From: Macrostomum lignano
Taxonomy: Eukaryota
NCBI GenBank assembly: GCA_002269645.1
Contig: NIVC01000524.1
Location: 62,001 to 126,000 of the forward strand
Direction: 5' to 3'
DNA: 64,000 nucleotides
The position numbers were made by a program, and so were the translations under genes. Position 1 is the first letter of the stretch. Each line of letters opens with the position of its first letter. Below the pieces are notes generated by a model, which saw only the letters and a list, made by a program, of their open reading frames with translations, did not search any database and was not told the DNA's origin. This document shows positions 37,001-49,494 of this stretch, piece by piece.

Positions 37001-37681
37001 ATTCCAGGTGGCCCAGAACCACGGCTACATCGTCTCATTCATGGCGGTGCCGTGCAGCGGCGAGGCCGGCAGCGGGCTGCACTTCAACCACTCGCTCTGG
37101 TCTGCAGACCGCCGCGCCAACGCCTTCTTCGACGCTGCCCAGGAGCGCAAAATGTCGGCCGTGATGCGGCACTGGCTCGCCGGCCTGATCCACCACTCGG
37201 CCGCCATCGCCGCGCTTACCTCGCCGACGGTGAACTGCTATCGCCGATTGCACCTGCCGTTCACGCCGGACTTTGCCGACTGGGCCGTGCAGTCTCGCAA
37301 CGCCACCTTCCGCGTCAAGCTGGGCTCCGACGCCAACCCGGGCGGCAGCTACATTGAGAACCGGATGCCCAGCTCCGCCGCCAACGCCTACATCGTGACC
37401 GCTGCCACCCTGGCCGCCGGGCTGGACGGTCTGGAGCGTCAGCTGACTCTGCCGCCGAGGGCAGTCGGGACGCCGGCCGCCTGCCGAGCAGCATGGAGGA
37501 GGCGCTGGCGGCGCTGGAGGCCGACACGGTGATGCAGCAGGCGCTCGGCCCGCAGCTCATCGAGTTCTACGTGACGTTGAAGCGCCAGTTTGACCTCGGC
37601 TTGGTGCAGGCCAGCATGCCGACTAGCGATGATGCCAAGAAGCTGGCCTGGGAGCGGGCCCAGTACCTGGAGAATCTGTAG
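34046..37681 (+). CDS. Type-I glutamine-synthetase-like / lengsin-like protein; exons 34046-34513, 35320-35556, 37008-37681, with a -1 frameshift near 37455-37468
   Basis: Motifs VRWVFPDLNGIAR, AVELEW, HTEFGCGQMEV, GSGLHFNHSL, NCYRRL, SRNATFRV and IENRMPSSAANAY. Both introns are phase-0 GT-AG. The natural C-terminus (RLPSSMEEALAALEAD...EFYVTLKR...ENL*) lies in the -1 frame. A possible non-coding first exon ends at a GTAAAT donor at 31739. Confidence 0.88.
34545..35290. repeat. 18-bp minisatellite (GATCTGAGGAAGTGGGGG) filling intron 1 of the GS-like gene
   Basis: About 41 tandem units, starting ~30 nt after the donor and ending ~30 nt before the acceptor. Confidence 0.97.
35715..36965. repeat. 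12-bp minisatellite (CAGTAGAATCAT) filling intron 2 of the GS-like gene
   Basis: Homogeneous core at 36095-36937 with a degenerate 5' edge. Confidence 0.97.
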
Positions 37682-37789
37682 ACTGATGAGGCTACCACAT
37701 CTTAGAAAGTGAAAAATGCTGTGTTGCATGGACTTTTAACCTAGAAGACCATAACCAATGACTAGGCTAGGTGGGACTGTACCATGGAC

Positions 37790-38646
37790 TTGTAGAGAGA
37801 CTGTACCAAGGACTTCTAGACTAGAGAGGGATTGTACCAAGGACTTCTAGACTAGAGAGGGATTGTACCAAGGACTTCTAGACTAGAGAGGGACTGTACC
37901 AAGGACTTCTAGAGGGACTGTACCATGGACTTCTAGAGGGACTGTACCAAGGACTTCTAGACTAGAGAGGGACTGTACCATGGACTTCTAGAGGGACTGT
38001 ACCATGGACTTCTAGACTAGAGAGGGACTGTACCAAGGAATTCTAGACTAGAGAGGGACTGTACCAAGGACTTCTAGACTAGAGAGGGACTGTACCATGG
38101 ACTTCTAGAGGGAATGTACCAAGGACTTCTAGAGGGACTGTACCAAGGACTTCTAGACTAGAGAGGGACTGTACCATGGACTTCTAGAGGGACTGTACCA
38201 TGGACTTCTAGACTAGAGAGGGACTGTACCATGGACTTCTAGACTAGAGAGGGACTGTACCATGGACTTCTAGAGGGACTGTACCATGGATTTCTAGAGG
38301 GACTGTACCATGGACTTCTAGAGGGACTGTACCATGGATTTCTAGAGGGACTGTACCAAGGACTTCTAGAGGGACTGTACCATGGACTTATAGACTAGAG
38401 AGGGACTGTGCCAAGGACTTCTAGAGGGACTGTACCATGGACTTCTAGACTAGAGAGGGACTGTACCATGGACTTATAGACTAGAGAGGGACTGTGCCAA
38501 GGACTTCTAGAGGGACTGTACCATGGACTTCTAGACTAGAGAGGGACTGTGCCAAGGACTTCTAGAGGGACTGTACCATGGACTTCTAGACTAGAGAGGG
38601 ACTGTGCCAAGGACTTCTAGAGGGACTGTACCATGGACTTCTAGAC
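37790..38646. repeat. 24/32-bp minisatellite (GGGACTGTACCAWGGACTTCTAGA[CTAGAGA]); reverse-orientation relative of the 470-1520 array
   Basis: The reverse complement CTCTCTAGTCTAGAAGTCCTTGGTACAGTCCC aligns with the 38-bp unit. Confidence 0.93.
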
Positions 38647-39264
38647 TTATTAGTAGAAATACTAAAATTCTGATCTCGCAGATTTCTTCATTAACTATTA
38701 ACACTAGAAAGATTTGTTAGTGAATACTGCACCGAATTTAGGTCGTCAAAAATTTCCATTTAGCGCCCCTTTGTACTTTAGTAGTCCATGTGATATAATA
38801 GATAGAAGAGTGTCTTAACGTTGCTTTGCGTGGAAAGTTCAATTCCACAGCATATAGCAATGGCGCTTTATTATCCTATTTACCACTAAACTGAGGTTTC
38901 TTGTTAACTTTTTCCGAAAAATGCAATGCAGACGCTATAAGTAGTTGTTGCTTATCTCTCTTGCTAGCGAGCAGTACACAGTAGTTTTGATTCTTTACAA
39001 TATTTAGGCCAGCTTTAACTATGTGCAAAATTTATGAGCAATATTAGCACTATTATTATTATTATTTAACCACAACCATTTTAAATAAATGTGCAAATCA
39101 CAATTCTTTGAATTATCGATCATTCAAATAGATGCTTAAATTTGCCATTTACTTGTATATATCTTGACAAAAATGCTTGAATTTTAACAAATGCCCATAG
39201 TACATGACCTTTTGGTGCATAATAGTTGTGAAAGGATCAAAAACTTCTAATTCAGAAGTCCTCG

Positions 39265-39946
39265 AGATTAGCAATCCATTGTATTCCTGCATCCATGATG
39301 TAGGCTAGATTAGCAATCCATTCTATTCCTGCATCCATGATGTAGGCTAGATTAGCAATCCATTCTATTCCTTCATCCATGGTGTAGGCTAGATTAGCAA
39401 TCCATTGTATTCCTTCATCCATGGTGTAGGCTAGATTAGCAATCCATTCTATACCTTCATCCATGATGTAGGCTAGATTAGCAATCCCTTGTATTCCTTC
39501 ATCCATGATGTAGGCTAGATTAGCAATCCATTGTATTCCTTCATCCATGATGTAGGCTAGATTAGCAATCCATTCTATACCTTCATCCATGATGTAGGCT
39601 AGATTAGCAATCCATTCTATACCTTCATCCATGATGTAGACTAAATTAGCAATCCATTCTATTCTTTCATCCATGATGTAGGCTAGATTAGCAATCCATT
39701 CTATTCCTTCATCCATGATGTAGGCTAGATTAGCAATCCATTGTATTCCTTCATCCATGATGTAGGCTAGATTAGCAATCCATTGTATTCCTTCATCCAT
39801 GATGTAGGCTAGATTAGCAATCCATTCTATACCTTCATCCATGATGTAGGCTAGATTAGCAATCCATTCTATTCCTTCATCCATGATGTAGGCTAGATTA
39901 GCAATCCATTCTATTCCTTCATCCATGGTGTAGGCTAGATTAGCAA
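39265..39946. repeat. 42-bp minisatellite, about 16 copies
   Basis: GATTAGCAATCCATTCTATTCCTTCATCCATGATGTAGGCTA units. Confidence 0.97.
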
Positions 39947-40298
39947 TTCACTCAATTCCTCCAGAGTCAAATTCAAAGCAGACCGGCTCCCAATAGCAAC
40001 GCTGCAAACTCCCGGATATACCTGGGCAGGCATTCACAGAAGCCACTGCTCCCAAGCGTACAATTTAACCAACTCAATTAAATCCGCGCACTCATTTCAA
40101 AGTATTCTAAGTTTAGAACTAGAGGGTCATAAATTTGACTTGTCTGAATCAGACGTCAGCTTTGACCTCTGCGTTGCGGCCGAGGTGAAAAGTCGCTAAA
40201 AAAAACTTTACCTGCAAATAAGTTTACACTTTACACATCATTTGTATATTTAACTGATTGGCTTGATTAGGGAGCAATCTGCAGCCTCCATGCTATAA

Positions 40299-40326
40299 TC
40301 AGAGTCTCTGAGCTGGCTGCCTCTGA

Positions 40327-40357
<31 letters not shown>

Positions 40358-41798
40358 TGCCGCTGCTTCCGTTGCCGCTGTGCAGCCGGACAGACAATGC
40401 GTCGATGAGTTCGCGCCGTTTCTGGGCGCTTCTCACCCGCTCCAGGCCGCTCTTGGGCCGCTGCACCTCGAAGCCGAGCTGGCCGCTGCCAAGCCAAGGA
40501 CCCGCGTCCTCCTGGCCGCGCCGGCAGAACGGGACGCCGCCCTCGCTGGCTCGGGTCGGAGCCCGCAGCCTCGACACCAGCGCGGCCTCCTCCTCCTTGC
40601 CCCAGGTCTCCGCCGGTGCCGCCGGCTTCTCCACCGGTGCCTCCTTGGTGTCAGCCGTCGTCTCCAAGACGCCATCGGCGAGCTCCCCGCAGTGCCGACA
40701 CTCCGGCCGCTGCTGCTTCTCGCCTTTGCCGTTTATCGCCAGCTTCTGCTGCCACTCAGCCGCCAGCTCCGGCATCTCCTGACAGAAAGGACAAACTCCG
40801 CCGCTGCCGCCGACGCCCTTGAACCGGCTGGACACCGTCGGCCTGCTCAGCTCGGCCAGCTGCATGTCCCTCCGATTCTCCCGCTCGTAGTCGCGCACGA
40901 ACTCCGTGGCGTTGACGATCTCCCAGTCTGAGCGCAGCTGCTTGGCCTGCTGGTCCCGCTGCCGCTGCTGCAGCTCCTCGCGCTTCGCCCGGTAGCGCAG
41001 GCGGCCCAGCGCGCCAAACACCGCCGTCGACGCCACCGTCTGCTCGGCGCCGCCGCCGCCGTCCTGGTCCCGCCTGGCCGCCGTCCGGAACACCAGGCCG
41101 AACGGGCTGGCTCGCTGCTTGGCCGCCTCCTGTCGACGCTCCGGCGACTGCTTTGCCGCCGCCCGGTTCGCCAACCGGCTGAAGCCGATGACAGCGGACA
41201 GGCTGGGGCCCTGACGCTGCTGCTGCTGCTGCTGCTGCTGCGGCTTCTCGGCTGGCGGCGGGAGCTGCGGCGGCGCCTTGGCAGCGGCGTTGATGTCGCG
41301 AATCGGCGCGTAGTCGGGCGACTCGCCGGCGCCGCGGCTGCACAGCCGGTGCGGGTCGAGGCCGCGCTGCTTGCACCGGCTGCTGAAGGTGTGCGACCGG
41401 CCGAGGCGGGCGAACAGCGCCCTGGAGTAGCTCTCGGCCGCCAGGAGGCGCCGCGGCCGGGAGTCCCGCCGCAGGCTGGCCTGGTAGCGCTCGCAGACGG
41501 AGCCGTCCGAGTCGTCAACGCACGCATCGTCGTCGTCATCTTCCTCATTGTCCGCGCTGTCGTTGTCGACGCGCGACGCCGACGAGGCTGCAGCAGCGGC
41601 AGGAGCGGCAGAAGCCGGCCGACCTCCAGCTGCTGCCCCACCGGCCCGATGCGAGCCCGAGGCCGCTGTAGCCGGCCGCTGTGGCGCAGTCAGGCGGGCC
41701 ACAATGTCCCGCTGGCGGGGTCGGTCGACGGCCCCGAAGCCGTACATCTTCGCCGGCGCCTGCCGGGCCTGCAGCCGCATGAACAGGCCGCTGGCCAT
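40299..41798 (-). CDS. Uncharacterised single-exon protein (499 aa) with low-complexity tracts and a CxxC...CxxC segment
   Basis: 1.5-kb ORF with exon-like GC3 bias, poly-A/Q/G/D tracts and CPFC-x27-CRHC. No family recognised. Confidence 0.7.
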
Positions 41799-42267
41799 CG
41801 TAGCTTCGGACGGTTACTATAGAAACTAATTCAAGTGCGAAATTGAGCTCTTTATTCCAGCCTCTGGTGCTGCAATTATAGCAGCTTATTTTTTAGCTTT
41901 TCTTTCACCGCCTTCCAGCGCCACCCCTCCTCTCTCTCCATTATTTTCTCTCTCTCTCTCTCCTCCTCTGTCGCTCGTGGCCATTCCGGGGGCTGTCGAT
42001 TGGAGGGGAGGCGCTGGCTCAGCGACCCGAGTGCCACCTGCCTTCCATTCGGCTATTTTTTTCGCACTACGGCCGCCTTTCTGTGTCTGGCTACGCTCGC
42101 ACTTCTGCCAACGCTCAACTCAACTGCTCAGACTGCATGTCATCCAGTTACTGCTGCGAATTCTGGCGCTTGGCAACAATTGGTGTTGAGATAATAGTAC
42201 TCTTAATGCTTACCAGCGCTCTGCCTACCTATTCATTCGCCTCCCTACTTACCTACCCAGCTGTGTA

Positions 42268-43079
<812 letters not shown>

Positions 43080-43605
43080 CCTGTGTATCACCATAAAACA
43101 TTTTAAATGCATTGGAACTAACCTGGATGCAATATTAAAAAATAATTCGATTCAAAGAGGCAACAGTATTGGTTTGTACTGAACAAATGTAATTGAAAGT
43201 CACAGCCTAAAGCACGTAGAAGCTCAAGTGCAAGGCAGCAAGCTTTTTTCAAAGCCGATATCAATGAGCAAAAGTTCAAAAAAAGGTCTTCAATACGCTA
43301 AAGCAAATTCCGGCATAGTTTAAAAGTAGTTAGTGAACTATAACAAAAATATTTCTGCATCGCTATAAAGCCAAAGCAATAGGAACAAATATGAGACAAT
43401 TTGGGCAGATGTTAGAATAAAAATCAGGATATTCTAATCTAAAAGTCTGTCAGTAGATATTAACAAAATTTATATTTTATTAATAAACCAATTAGGTTCA
43501 TTTAGACAGTCACTTGCACAGATACTAGAAAACAAAAATAAATAAATAAGGTTTACAGCTTCTAATGGTCCAATTGTAAAAATGTGCCTGCTTTGGAAGG
43601 ACCAC

Positions 43606-43885
43606 AATTATAATCACAATCATAATCATAATCATAATCATAATCACAATCATAATCATAATCATAATCACAATCATAATTATAATCATAATCATAATCA
43701 TAATTATAATCATAATCGTAATCATAATCATAATCATAATCATAATCATAATCATAATCATAATCATAATCATAATCATAATTATAATCATAATCGTAAT
43801 CATGATTAACCATAATCATAATCATAATCATAGTCATAATCATAGTCATAATCATAATCATAGTCATAGTCCATAATCACAATCT
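43606..43885. repeat. (ATCATA)n hexanucleotide repeat
   Basis: Directly downstream of the stop codon of the 43902-47433 gene. Confidence 0.95.
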
Positions 43886-43901
43886 AATTCGCAATAATAA
43901 A

Positions 43902-46900
43902 TCACTTCAACGAGCAGCTCCAATTGATGGGGTTGTACTTCAGCTGCTCCCGGTCGAACTGAAGCTCTCGCTGCCGTTCGGCTCGGAGGCGCTGCGCCTT
44001 CTCCTCCATCATCTGCATCGGCGGTTGTGACGCGGGGGGGGTTCTGTTATGCCGATGAGCAACTGGCAGTTGTTACTTTGAGTAGAATAGAAACAGTTTG
44101 TGGCCTATCAATTTATTTGACTTTATTTGTACTCTTTGCAACCAATACTTGGCTGGCTGTATTATGTGATAATCAGGATGCTCACTGGAAACTCGCACTG
44201 GATTAGAGCCGAATGAAACCCTCATGATCCCCTCATGATCCCCTCATATTCCCTCATGATCCCCTCATAATCCCTCATGATCCCCTCATATTCCCTCATG
44301 ATCCCCTCATATTCCCTCATGATCCCCTCATGATCCCTCATGATCCCCTCATAATCCCTCATGATCCCCTCATGATCCCTCATGATCCCCTCATAATCCC
44401 TCATGATCCCCTCATGATCCCTCATGATCCCCTCATAATCCCTCATGATCCCCTCATAATCCCTCATGATCCCCTCATGATCCCTCATGATACCATCATG
44501 ATTCCCTCATAAACTATCATGATCCTCTTAAGGCCCCTTCCTCTTGATGCCATCATAATCCCTGCATGGGATTGATACCAACCCCGTGACCTACTTGGAC
44601 CCTCATGACCTAAACTGAATGGGGAGCTAAATGACCCACCAAGCAGATCCATAAAAGACCCTCATACCATTTTATTGGCGTCCCGGTACTGCGTGAGGAA
44701 CTGGTGCTTAGAGGCCCTCTGCACCTGTTCGCTCTCGATGTCCTGCCGATCGCGTGAAAAAGCAACGGAACTCTCTGTGGGAATTATGAGTCATGCAGTT
44801 GGAGAGTTGTCTAATCATAATAATCCCCCACCTTTCATCATTTTAATAATCCCCCTGGGGATTTCGCTTAAAAATTTCCTATTAGAGTTCCCCTGAGGAT
44901 TCCCCCAAGGATTTCCCTTGAGGATTTCCCCCTGAAAATTTGCCATTAGGATTTCCCCTGAGGATTTCCATGAGGATTTCCCTTAAAAATTTCCCATTAG
45001 GATTTCTATGAGGATTTCCCCCAAGGATTTTCTCTGAGGATTTCCTTGAGGATTTCCCTGAGGATTTCCCCAAAGGATTTCCATTAGGATTTCCATTGAA
45101 AATTTCCCATTAGGATTTCCATGAGGATTTCCCCCAAGGATTTTCCCTGAGGATTTCCCGTGAGGATTTTCCCATAGAATTTTCCCAGAGGATTTCCCAT
45201 TAGTTAGCATTTTGTCGGTGGATTTTCACAGAAGAATTCTCCTAAAGATTCGCCTTACCCTGCGCCTTCTCCCGAAAAACTCGCCGGTTCTTCTCGTCGC
45301 TGTCGCGCATCTGCTGCTTCAGGCCCTCGCGAAAGTACCGGCTGGAACCGATATGATTTACTGGCAGATTAAATATTGCTTTTGACACGGTTATCTTATC
45401 TATCCGTATTGTTCGGAATGGGTCGAGAATCGAACCCCCGACCTTTCAGTCGTACGTGTAAGTTCGACGCTTTAACCACTAGGCTACAACTTTCAGACAT
45501 TGACGTTGATTTTACGAACTAGCTTCAAGGCGAGTAAAGTAGAAGGAATGTAAAAATCTCCCTCCGGGTTTTAGTAAATTAGACGATTGCAGCCCCCCAT
45601 GGGGTCTATATTCTCCCTCCGGATTTTAGTAAATTAGACGATTGCAGCCCCCCATGGGGTCTATATTCTCCCTCCGGAATTTAGTAAATTAGACGAGTGC
45701 AGCCCCCCATGGGGTCTATATTCTCCCTCCGGATTTTAGTAAATTAGACGATTGCAGCCCCCCATGGGGTCTATATTCTCCCTCCGGAATTTAGTAAATT
45801 AGACGATTGCAGCCCCCCATGGGGTCTATATTCTCCCTCCGGATTTTAGTAAATTAGACGATTGCAGCCCCCCATGGGGTCTATATTCTCCCTCCGGATT
45901 TTAGTAAATTAGACGATTGCAGCCCCCCATGGGGTCTATATTCTCCCTCCGGATTTTAGTAAATTAGACGATTGCAGCCCCCCATGGGGTCTATATTCTC
46001 CCTCCGGATTTTAGTAAATTAGACGAGTGCAGCCCCCCATGGGGTCTATATTCTCCCTCCGGAATTTAGTAAATTAGACGAGTGCAGCCCATGGGGTCTA
46101 TATTCTCCCTCTGGATTTTAGTAAATTAAACGAGTGCAGCCCATGGGGTCTATATTCTCCCTCTGGATTTTAGTAAATTAGACGAGTGCAGCCCATGGGG
46201 TCTATATTCTCCCTCTGGATTTTAGTAAATTAGACGAGTGCAGCCCATGGGGTCTATATTCTCCCTCTGGATTTTAGTAAATTAGACGAGTGCAGCCCAT
46301 GGGGTCTATATTCTCCCTCTGGATTTTAGTAAATTAGACGAGTGCAATCCCCATGGGGTCTATATTCTCCCTCTGGATTTTAGTAAATTAGGCGAGTGCA
46401 ATCCCCATGGGGTCTATATTCTCCCTCCGGATTTTAGTAAATTAGACGAGTGCAATCCCCATGGGGTCTATATTCTCCCTCCGGATTTTAGTAAATTAGA
46501 CGAGTGCAGCCCATGGGGTCTATATTCTCCCTCCGGATTTTAGTAAATTAGACGAGTGCAGCCCATGGGGTCTATATTCTCCCTCCGGATTTTAGTAAAT
46601 TAGACGAGTGCAATCCCCATGGGGTCTATATTCTCCCTCCGGATTTTAGTAAATTAGACGAGTGCAGTCCATGGGGTCTATATTCTCCCTCCGGATTTTA
46701 GTAAATTAGACGAGTGCAATCCCCATGGGGTCTATATTCTCCCTCCGGATTTTAGTAAATTAGACGAGTGCAGCCCATGGGGTCTATATTCTCCCTCCGG
46801 ATTTTAGTAAATTAGACGAGTGCAGCCCCCCATGGGGTCTATATTCTCCCTCCGGATTTTAGTAAATTAGACGAGTGCAGCCCATGGGGTCTATATTCTC

Positions 46901-47433
46901 CCTCCGGATTTTAGTAAATTAGACGATTGCAGCCCCCCATGGGGTCTATATTCTCCCTCCGGATTTTAGTAAATTAGACGATTGCAGCCCCCCATGGGGT
47001 CTATATTCTCCCTCCGGATTTTAGTAAATAAGATGAACACAACGAACCCCCAATCCATATTCTCCCCCGACACCTACTTGTGCAGCTCCTTTTCAGCCAC
47101 CGAGCCGTAATAGTAGCGGCTCCAGGCGTTGTGGAACCTGTGGAACTGCTTTCTCTCCAGCATGGCCAGCCGCTGCTGGTTTTGATAGTGCGGATCGCCG
47201 GTCTCCGTCACGCAGGTCATCCGTTCCGGCGGCTGCGGCCTCAGCGGGTTCACCCGTTTGGGAATCGGGACATCGGCCGGCGGGTCAGGCGGGTACGGAT
47301 CGTAAACGGAGGGCACGGGCATTCGGGCTGCCTCCGAGTGCACCTGGCAACGCCTGGGCTGCGGTGGTGGCGGCTGCCGCACCACCTGCATTATTGGTGA
47401 GGGCACGCCTGGCGGCTGGCTGAAGGTCGCCAT
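43902..47433 (-). CDS. Uncharacterised four-exon protein (218 aa); exons 47433-47078, 45341-45259, 44774-44668, 44012-43902
   Basis: All three introns are GT-AG with consistent phases (2, 1, 0). The product is a Pro-rich N-terminus, then HNRYFREGLKQQMRDSDEKNRR...HQFLTQYRDANKMMMEEK...LKYNPINWSCSLK*. Confidence 0.85.
44215..44530. repeat. ~21-bp intronic tandem repeat (TCCCTCATGATCCCCTCATAA)
   Basis: Tandem units in intron 3. Confidence 0.92.
44850..45200. repeat. Degenerate GGATTTCCC-type intronic repeat
   Basis: Short repeated motif in intron 2. Confidence 0.8.
45400..45492 (-). mobile_element. tRNA-derived SINE head
   Basis: The minus strand has an A box (TAGCCTAGTGG) and a B box (GGTTCGATTC), but no complete cloverleaf or acceptor stem. 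Confidence 0.7.
45558..47028. repeat. 52-55-bp minisatellite, about 27 copies, in intron 1
   Basis: CTCCCTCCGGATTTTAGTAAATTAGACGAKTGCAGCCCCCCATGGGGTCTATATT units with a CCCCATGGGG palindrome. There are no unique spacers, so this is not CRISPR. Confidence 0.97.
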
Positions 47434-49039
47434 GACAACTCGTACTTGCAGAACAATATAGAGGCTTGCTAGCTGTCTGGCTGGCTGAAAATGATTGGCG
47501 TGGAGTGTTGAGTTTGAGTTAGTTTTTCTGTTAATATTATCTGGTGAAATTTTGCACTCTTAAATCTACTGACGCTAGCACAGCGCTCAACTCCTGTTGT
47601 ACACTTCTACATATACTGTGCTATTGGCTGTGTCGCACTAATCAATGCTTAAGTTAAAGCACCAATTTAGCTATTTAGCAACCCTATTTAGCTTGGCCGA
47701 TGTCGGGGATCGAGCCCAGGCCTACTGACTCCTAGTAGTAGCAAATGCCCGATCTCGAAATCACGATGCCCTCCTACTGTAATAAAAAACTTCTGAATTC
47801 TAGTTTTAATCAACCATCAAAGTTCACAGGTAATAGCAGACAGAAAATTTATTATGTCAACTCACATTGAAATGCTTCTGATTGAGTCGACTGTCGACGA
47901 TTAGTCTACTATCAAGTTTGTTAAAATTGAATTCGAAGCCAGATGAGCACTGGGCTGCTCAAGTTGCAGGATTGGCGGCTAAGAATGCTCTTTTTTCGCT
48001 CTCAACACAGCTGTCTATGCGCGCTGCTCTCTCACCTTTCCCACAAGTTCTGTGCGGCTCTAGCTAGTGTATTTCTACAGTCCCGTGCCACTCTCAGTTG
48101 CCAAGGAGTAAAAATTGCGGTCTCGGAGTGGGGCTGGAAGAGACACAAAGCGTGCGTTAGAGAGAGAGAGAGGGGGGAGAGAGAGAGAGATGAAAAGATG
48201 GAGTCTGAATGATGCGGCAAGCTGAGCTATGCTTTTTTGCCCCTATAGCAAACCAACTGACCAATGTTATATTGCTATTGGCTATAATATAAATTTTGCC
48301 GAGAGGGCACGGGAGGCAGCTGGAAGAGTGGGGGGGGGGGGCACAGTTGAGGCAGGAGTGTGAGCAGCTGCACTGGAGGCCCACGCAATGCAGTCGTTAA
48401 AAGATATGCGAGTCTGACCAAAACTTGAAGACGCGGGGAAAAGGTGCGCAGAAGCTGGAAGGGTGCAGGGTGGTGGTTGGTAGGGGGGGGGGGCTCGGGG
48501 AGTTATTGTGTGCAAACTTGAGCGCGTGCACACAAGTCTGTTTGTGTGCTCAAACGGCAGCCCTACCTATTGTTAGTCTTTTTCTTGCCAATCTCTAACT
48601 TTAAAGACTACAGTATGCTGGCTTCCCTTAGCTCTCTCCTGGGCTGAAAGCAGACGGTCTGTCCCAACTGCCCCAGCTATTATTACAGACTGAAAGATTA
48701 TCTCCTTAAACTGCAGCAGCACTCTGTAGCCATGGCAACTACTGCTGGGGCAGGAATGGCTGTATTTTGGTGAAGAAAAACCTTTTATGTGTGACTTCTA
48801 AATTCAGGGATCTGCTTGGGGGATAAATTGCATGGATAGGTTAAATTACAGAGAGTTTAACCTGCGTTCCTATGGAAACGTAGAAATTCTAGAAACTTCT
48901 ATAGAATTTCTAGAAACACCAATACATGTAGTTATATCATCGGTGTTTTCTAAAGTTCTAGTGTAAAGATCTCTCGATAATTATGGAAGTTCTACCGTGG
49001 GCTGATATGGCGCGGACACTGAAGTGGAGTCAATTAACG

Positions 49040-49176
49040 GACAAAAATTCGACTTGGGATAGGGGAGAACAAGCAAGGGCCTAATTAGGAACTCCATTTT
49101 ATGAGCTTAAGTTCATATAATAGTCCCTAATTATCTTCCTTGCTTGTTCTCCTCTATCCCAAGTCTAATTTTTGTC
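49040..49176. other. ~54-bp near-perfect inverted repeat (hairpin / MITE-like)
   Basis: GACAAAAATTCGACTTGGGATAGGGGAGAACAAGCAAGG...CCTTGCTTGTTCTCCTCTATCCCAAGTCTAATTTTTGTC with a loop of about 27 nt. Confidence 0.85.
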
Positions 49177-49494
49177 GCCTTTTGGCCAAACCCAGCTTCC
49201 TAGTGTCACCGTGAGCAGAATGCATATGACGTATCATTTGTGTACATATAGGTTAATTGGGCTCCACTTTATGCAGAGCTTAAGTTGACAGGCCCTTTGG
49301 GTGTTGTATTTGAGGCTTAATTTAGTGGGTGAATGAGATCAGGCTCAAGTACGCTAGTAAAAAGGAAAAGTTGATTGCTGTTATATACGAGCTGTGCCAT
49401 AGACAGCATCATTCGTCTGTCCTGGCGTTAAACACACATCCAACAAGTGCTTCTTATATTTCAGCAAATTTGCACAGAAACACGCGCGCCGCAA

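Noticed and set aside
40372-41829. Multiple overlapping antisense and alternate-frame ORFs over the 499-aa gene (similarly over the BEL, ROCO and SUV4-20 regions)
   Set aside because: These are shadow ORFs expected from GC-rich coding sequence.
45400-45492. Genuine tRNA gene (also 47690-47750, 50160-50225, 55186-55255)
   Set aside because: A and B boxes are present but acceptor and anticodon stems cannot be formed, so these are SINE heads or relics.
45558-47028. CRISPR-like array (palindromic repeat, ~27 units)
   Set aside because: Units are contiguous with no unique spacers, there are no cas genes, and it lies in a eukaryotic intron.
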